Assembly: GCA_963612025.1 (NCBI GenBank) | Contig: CAVDUB010000005.1 | Span: 8,943 to 72,942 of the forward strand | Source of the DNA: a bacterium | GTDB taxonomy: Bacteria > Bacillota_I > Bacilli_A > RFN20 > CAG-288 | Direction of reading: 5' to 3' | DNA: 64,000 nt | Notes under the pieces: model-generated | Databases searched by the model: none | Told to the model about the DNA's origin: nothing | The model's input: only the letters and a program-made list of their open reading frames with translations | Translations under genes and position numbers: made by a program | Shown here: piece after piece, positions 60,805-64,000 of the stretch | How the letters are laid out: each line of letters opens with the position of its first letter | Position numbering within the stretch: position 1 is the stretch's first letter

Positions 60805-61635
60805 TTACTTGCCGTTACGTCTTCTGACGATAAGGCGATTGGTTCTGTTCTTCTTGGAACGGGTCTTGACACCCATGAGTCTTCTACCCCAAGGAGATCT
60901 TGGAGCATCATGACCGACAGGGTTCTTACCTTCACCACCACCATGTGGATGGTCGTTCGGGTTCATGACAGCACCACGGACAGTCGGACGTTCGCCAAGC
61001 CATCTGGTTCTTCCGGCTTTGCCCTTGGAAACGAGGTTGTAGTCTTCATTGCCGACAGCGCCGATTGTGGCTCTGCAGGTGAGAAGGAACTTTCTCACTT
61101 CGCCAGAAGCAAGTCTCAAAGTGCAATATTTATCTTCCTTACCAAGAATCTGGGCAGAGGTACCGGCAGCGCGGCAGACCTGTCCGCCTTTTCCAGGCTG
61201 AAGTTCAACGTTATGGACGGTGATACCTTCAGGGATGCTTCCCAATTCCATGCAGTTTCCGACAGCGATTTCGCCGCTCTTTCCATCGGTGACAGTCATT
61301 CCAACAGTCAAGCCTTTTGGACAGATGATGTATCTCTTCTTACCATGAGTATCAAGGATAAGAGCGATACGGCAGTTTCTGTTCGGATCGTATTCGATGG
61401 CTTTGACAACAGAAGTGGATTCTCCATTTCTCTTGAAGTCAATGATACGATACATTCTCTTGTTGCCACCGCCGATGTGACGGCAGGTGATGTAGCCCTG
61501 ATTGTTTCTTCCGCCTGTTTTCTTGAGCGGTTTAATCAAAGATTTTTCAGGAGCTTTCTTTGTGAGATCTCTCGTGGATAATGTGGCGAGATTTCTCATA
61601 CCCCCAGTCAGAGGGTTATAAGTTTTGATAGCCAT
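60805..61635 (-). CDS. rplB: 50S ribosomal protein L2
   Basis: [15 protein letters not shown]...[16 protein letters not shown]. Confidence 0.97.
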   Translation of the reverse strand: MAIKTYNPLTGGMRNLATLSTRDLTKKAPEKSLIKPLKKTGGRNNQGYITCRHIGGGNKRMYRIIDFKRNGESTSVVKAIEYDPNRNCRIALILDTHGKKRYIICPKGLTVGMTVTDGKSGEIAVGNCMELGSIPEGITVHNVELQPGKGGQVCRAAGTSAQILGKEDKYCTLRLASGEVRKFLLTCRATIGAVGNEDYNLVSKGKAGRTRWLGERPTVRGAVMNPNDHPHGGGEGKNPVGHDAPRSPWGRRLMGVKTRSKKNRTNRLIVRRRNGK

Positions 61636-61660
61636 ATTTTTCTCCTATAATTTTCTTTTC

Positions 61661-62134
61661 TTACTTGGCTTCTTCATTGTTGGCTCTTTCTTCATTGGCG
61701 ACCTGGGAAGCAATCTTTCCCAAATCGTAAGAAGAATCAAAGCGGACAATGGCTTTCTTATATGCTGGCAACTTGCCAGAATAACGACCGACTCTTCTCG
61801 TCTTGGCAAGAGGATTCATTGTATTGACGCTCTTGACCTTGGCGTTGAAGATGGCCTGGATGGCAGCCTTGATTTCAAGCTTTGTGGCTTTCTTATCAAC
61901 AGCGAAGACCATCGCATTGTCAGTATTCTGAAGTTTCTGAGTTTCTTCACTGACAATCACGTATTTGATAATGCTAAAGTCCTTGATGATGGCAGGACGT
62001 GTAACATATTCGACTTTTTCTTCAGCAACCGGAGCTTCCTCAACAGCTTTCTTGGCCTTCTTGGAAGTCTTCTTTGCTGGTTTTTCAGCGGAAGCTTCGA
62101 TAGCTTCAGCTTCGAGTTTCTTTTCTTCAGCCAT
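61661..62134 (-). CDS. rplW: 50S ribosomal protein L23 (with ~60-aa A/E/K-rich N-terminal extension)
   Basis: The core VSEETQKLQNTDNAMVFAVDKKATKLEIKAAIQAIFNAKVKSVNTMN is preceded by MAEEKKLEAEAIEASAEKPAKKTSKKAKKAVEEAPVAEEK. The ATG at 62134 lies 2 nt after the rplD stop, with AAGGAGG upstream. Confidence 0.93.
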   Translation of the reverse strand: MAEEKKLEAEAIEASAEKPAKKTSKKAKKAVEEAPVAEEKVEYVTRPAIIKDFSIIKYVIVSEETQKLQNTDNAMVFAVDKKATKLEIKAAIQAIFNAKVKSVNTMNPLAKTRRVGRYSGKLPAYKKAIVRFDSSYDLGKIASQVANEERANNEEAK

Positions 62135-62136
62135 GA

Positions 62137-62811
62137 TTATGCTTCCTCCTTGCAGCAATCAGCACAATGACATTCTTCACCATCCATGCATGCTGGAATG
62201 ACACCCTTGACCATGATAAGTTTATTGGCATTGAGGATGTCATAGACAGAAAGATTGTCTCCTGAGACAAGCTTGATGGACGGAACGTTGGCAGCAGCCT
62301 GGATGAGGTTTTCATCATAGGAAGCGACAACGAGAAGATTCTTCTTTTCGTCTCCGCCGATAGCCTTGAGGGCCTTGACGAAGTCTTTGGTCTTGCCGGA
62401 AGTGAAGCCTTCATCGGTCAAGACGATCAGGTTCTTGGAATTGACCTTGTCAGACAAAGCAGAAGTGAAAGCAATATAATGCTCCTTCTTGTTCATCTTG
62501 AGGGTGTGGTTCTGCTGTCCGTTTGGAGCGAAGACAACACCGCCGTGTCTCCAGACCGGAGAGTTGGTGGTACCCGCTCTGGCACGACCAGTGCCCTTCT
62601 GTCTGAAAGGCTTGCGATTGGAACCATGAACGATGTCACGGGTAAGTGTGTGAGCCGTGTCAACTCTTCTGTTGGCGAGGTCGACTCTGACAGCTCTCTG
62701 AACAACAACTTCATTGATATCAGCAGCGAAGAGGTCAGCGGGAAGGACGACTTCTCCGACCTTGTTGCCAGTATAATCAACTACTGGCCAATTAAGATTT
62801 TCGTTAGCCAT
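62137..62811 (-). CDS. rplD: 50S ribosomal protein L4 (with Cys/His-rich C-terminal tail)
   Basis: Core GSNRKPFRQKGTGRARAGTTNSPVWRHGGVVF. The C-terminus reads ...VKGVIPACMDGEECHCADCCKEEA. Confidence 0.95.
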   Translation of the reverse strand: MANENLNWPVVDYTGNKVGEVVLPADLFAADINEVVVQRAVRVDLANRRVDTAHTLTRDIVHGSNRKPFRQKGTGRARAGTTNSPVWRHGGVVFAPNGQQNHTLKMNKKEHYIAFTSALSDKVNSKNLIVLTDEGFTSGKTKDFVKALKAIGGDEKKNLLVVASYDENLIQAAANVPSIKLVSGDNLSVYDILNANKLIMVKGVIPACMDGEECHCADCCKEEA

Positions 62812-62831
62812 TTTTCTTTTCTCCTTCTCGA

Positions 62832-63611
62832 TTAGGATCTCTTGGAGGTCTTCATTGGGTTGACCTTCTTGCCAGCATTTGCGCTTGCGGCCTTAGCCAA
62901 AGCTTCCTGCTGTTTCTTTTCGATATCGGCAATCGTCATTGTTGTGTAATCGACGATCGGGCTGACAGCGAACGGTTTCTTGTGTTCGACGGTGGAGCGA
63001 ATCTTCATGATGGAATATTTCGGACCAGCGACAGAACCACGGATAAGGATGCAGTTCTTGGAAGCGTCGATACCGACGATGGCAAGATTGAGAACAGTTC
63101 TGGTCTGTGGTCTCCACTGACCGGACATTTTCTTTCCGGCATGGACGCGGTTGTTGCAACGTCCGTTGGTGGCCAAGGAACCGATCTGTCTGTGATAACC
63201 GGAACCATGTCCCTTCGGACCGATGATGCCGTGATATCTCTTGATGGTACCAGTATATCCGTGACCCTTGCTCTTGGCAGTGACATCGACCATGTCACCA
63301 ACCTGGAAGATGGAGCAGTCAAGGCTGCTGCCAACTTCATATTTTCCGTAGATTTCATCGCCTTCCAATTCGCGGATGAAATATTTCGGAGCTGTGTTGG
63401 CTTTCTTGCAAACACCTTTCAAAGGCTTATTTGCACGATTTTCTTTTTTGTCTTCATAACCGATCTGAAGAGCTTCATAGCCGTCTTTCTCTTTGGTCTT
63501 GACCTGAAGAACAACGTTTGGAAGGACTTCGACGACGGTGACCGGATAAGTGGAACCGTCTTCAGCGAAGACAGAGGTCATTCCGATCTTTCTTCCGATG
63601 ATAGATTTCAT
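62832..63611 (-). CDS. rplC: 50S ribosomal protein L3 (with ~45-aa C-terminal extension)
   Basis: MKSIIGRKIGMTSVFAEDGSTYPVTVVE...GHGYTGTIKRYH. Confidence 0.96.
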   Translation of the reverse strand: MKSIIGRKIGMTSVFAEDGSTYPVTVVEVLPNVVLQVKTKEKDGYEALQIGYEDKKENRANKPLKGVCKKANTAPKYFIRELEGDEIYGKYEVGSSLDCSIFQVGDMVDVTAKSKGHGYTGTIKRYHGIIGPKGHGSGYHRQIGSLATNGRCNNRVHAGKKMSGQWRPQTRTVLNLAIVGIDASKNCILIRGSVAGPKYSIMKIRSTVEHKKPFAVSPIVDYTTMTIADIEKKQQEALAKAASANAGKKVNPMKTSKRS

Positions 63612-63628
63612 AAAACTGTCTATCCTCC

Positions 63629-63940
63629 TTACAACTTGATTTCAACATCGACGCCAGCAGGCAAATCGAGATTCTTGAGAATGTCGATGGTCTGTTTGGT
63701 CGGATGGTTGATGTCAATCAATCTCTTATGCGTTCTGATTTCAAACTGTTCGCGAGAATCCTTGTCGACGAACGGAGAACGTAAGATGGTGAAGATCTGT
63801 TTTTCAGTAGGAAGCGGGATAGGCCCAACTACTGTAGCGCCGGTCTTCTTTGCGGCTTCGACGATCTTGCTGACCGCCTGGTCAAGGACCTTGTGATCAT
63901 AGCCCTTGAGACGAACACGAATCGATTTGTTTTCTGCCAT
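63629..63940 (-). CDS. rpsJ: 30S ribosomal protein S10
   Basis: [41 protein letters not shown]. It is the first gene of the S10 operon. Confidence 0.97.
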   Translation of the reverse strand: MAENKSIRVRLKGYDHKVLDQAVSKIVEAAKKTGATVVGPIPLPTEKQIFTILRSPFVDKDSREQFEIRTHKRLIDINHPTKQTIDILKNLDLPAGVDVEIKL

Positions 63941-64000
63941 TGTGTTTCCTCCTTTACCCGAGATCTATGTTCGGGCATCCGTTCGGTATGAATTACCGGA

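Noticed and set aside
63941-64000. A small hairpin (cccga...tcggg) in the S10 operon leader, considered as a possible L4 autoregulatory element.
   Set aside because: Only 60 nt of the leader fall inside the window. The hairpin is short, and the L4-responsive leader is defined for E. coli rather than for Firmicutes, so the evidence is insufficient.

Overview
The window is mostly conserved housekeeping DNA from a low-GC Gram-positive bacterium. It uses the standard genetic code, because TGA acts as a stop. Gene order is Bacillus-like, and a guess of an Erysipelotrichia/Mollicutes-related Firmicute is low confidence. From left to right: ligA (partial) and pcrA; tRNA-Gln; a roughly 14 kb accessory stretch (4.4-18.4 kb); the pyr operon pyrB-pyrC-carA-carB-pyrK-pyrD-pyrF-pyrE; galK-galT; a heterodimeric ABC exporter plus an isochorismatase; rimP-nusA-ylxR-ylxQ-infB-rbfA; a convergent cca-like-dnaD-nth-truB-ribF operon; hup; an orphan gene followed by cmk-der-gpsA; tRNA-Thr; and the whole S10-spc-alpha ribosomal cluster from rpsJ to rplQ on the minus strand. 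The accessory stretch holds a four-gene coupled cluster (GNAT, membrane protein, HD, YkgJ-like), an M18 aminopeptidase, two large surface lipoproteins, a YcjF/DUF697 protein, an orphan gene, an aldo-keto reductase and a nitroreductase. I found no CRISPR array, transposase, integrase, prophage or recognisable defence genes. I cannot show a clear new system. The best candidates for undescribed biology are the coupled four-gene cluster at 5.06-7.72 kb, a three-way-junction-like set of nested inverted repeats at 9.48-9.60 kb, the internally duplicated 843-aa lipoprotein, a half-length CCA-adding-enzyme homologue, and lineage-specific extensions on NusA and many ribosomal proteins, including a Cys/His-rich tail on L4. 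All coordinates and motifs were read by eye, and no database search was possible.
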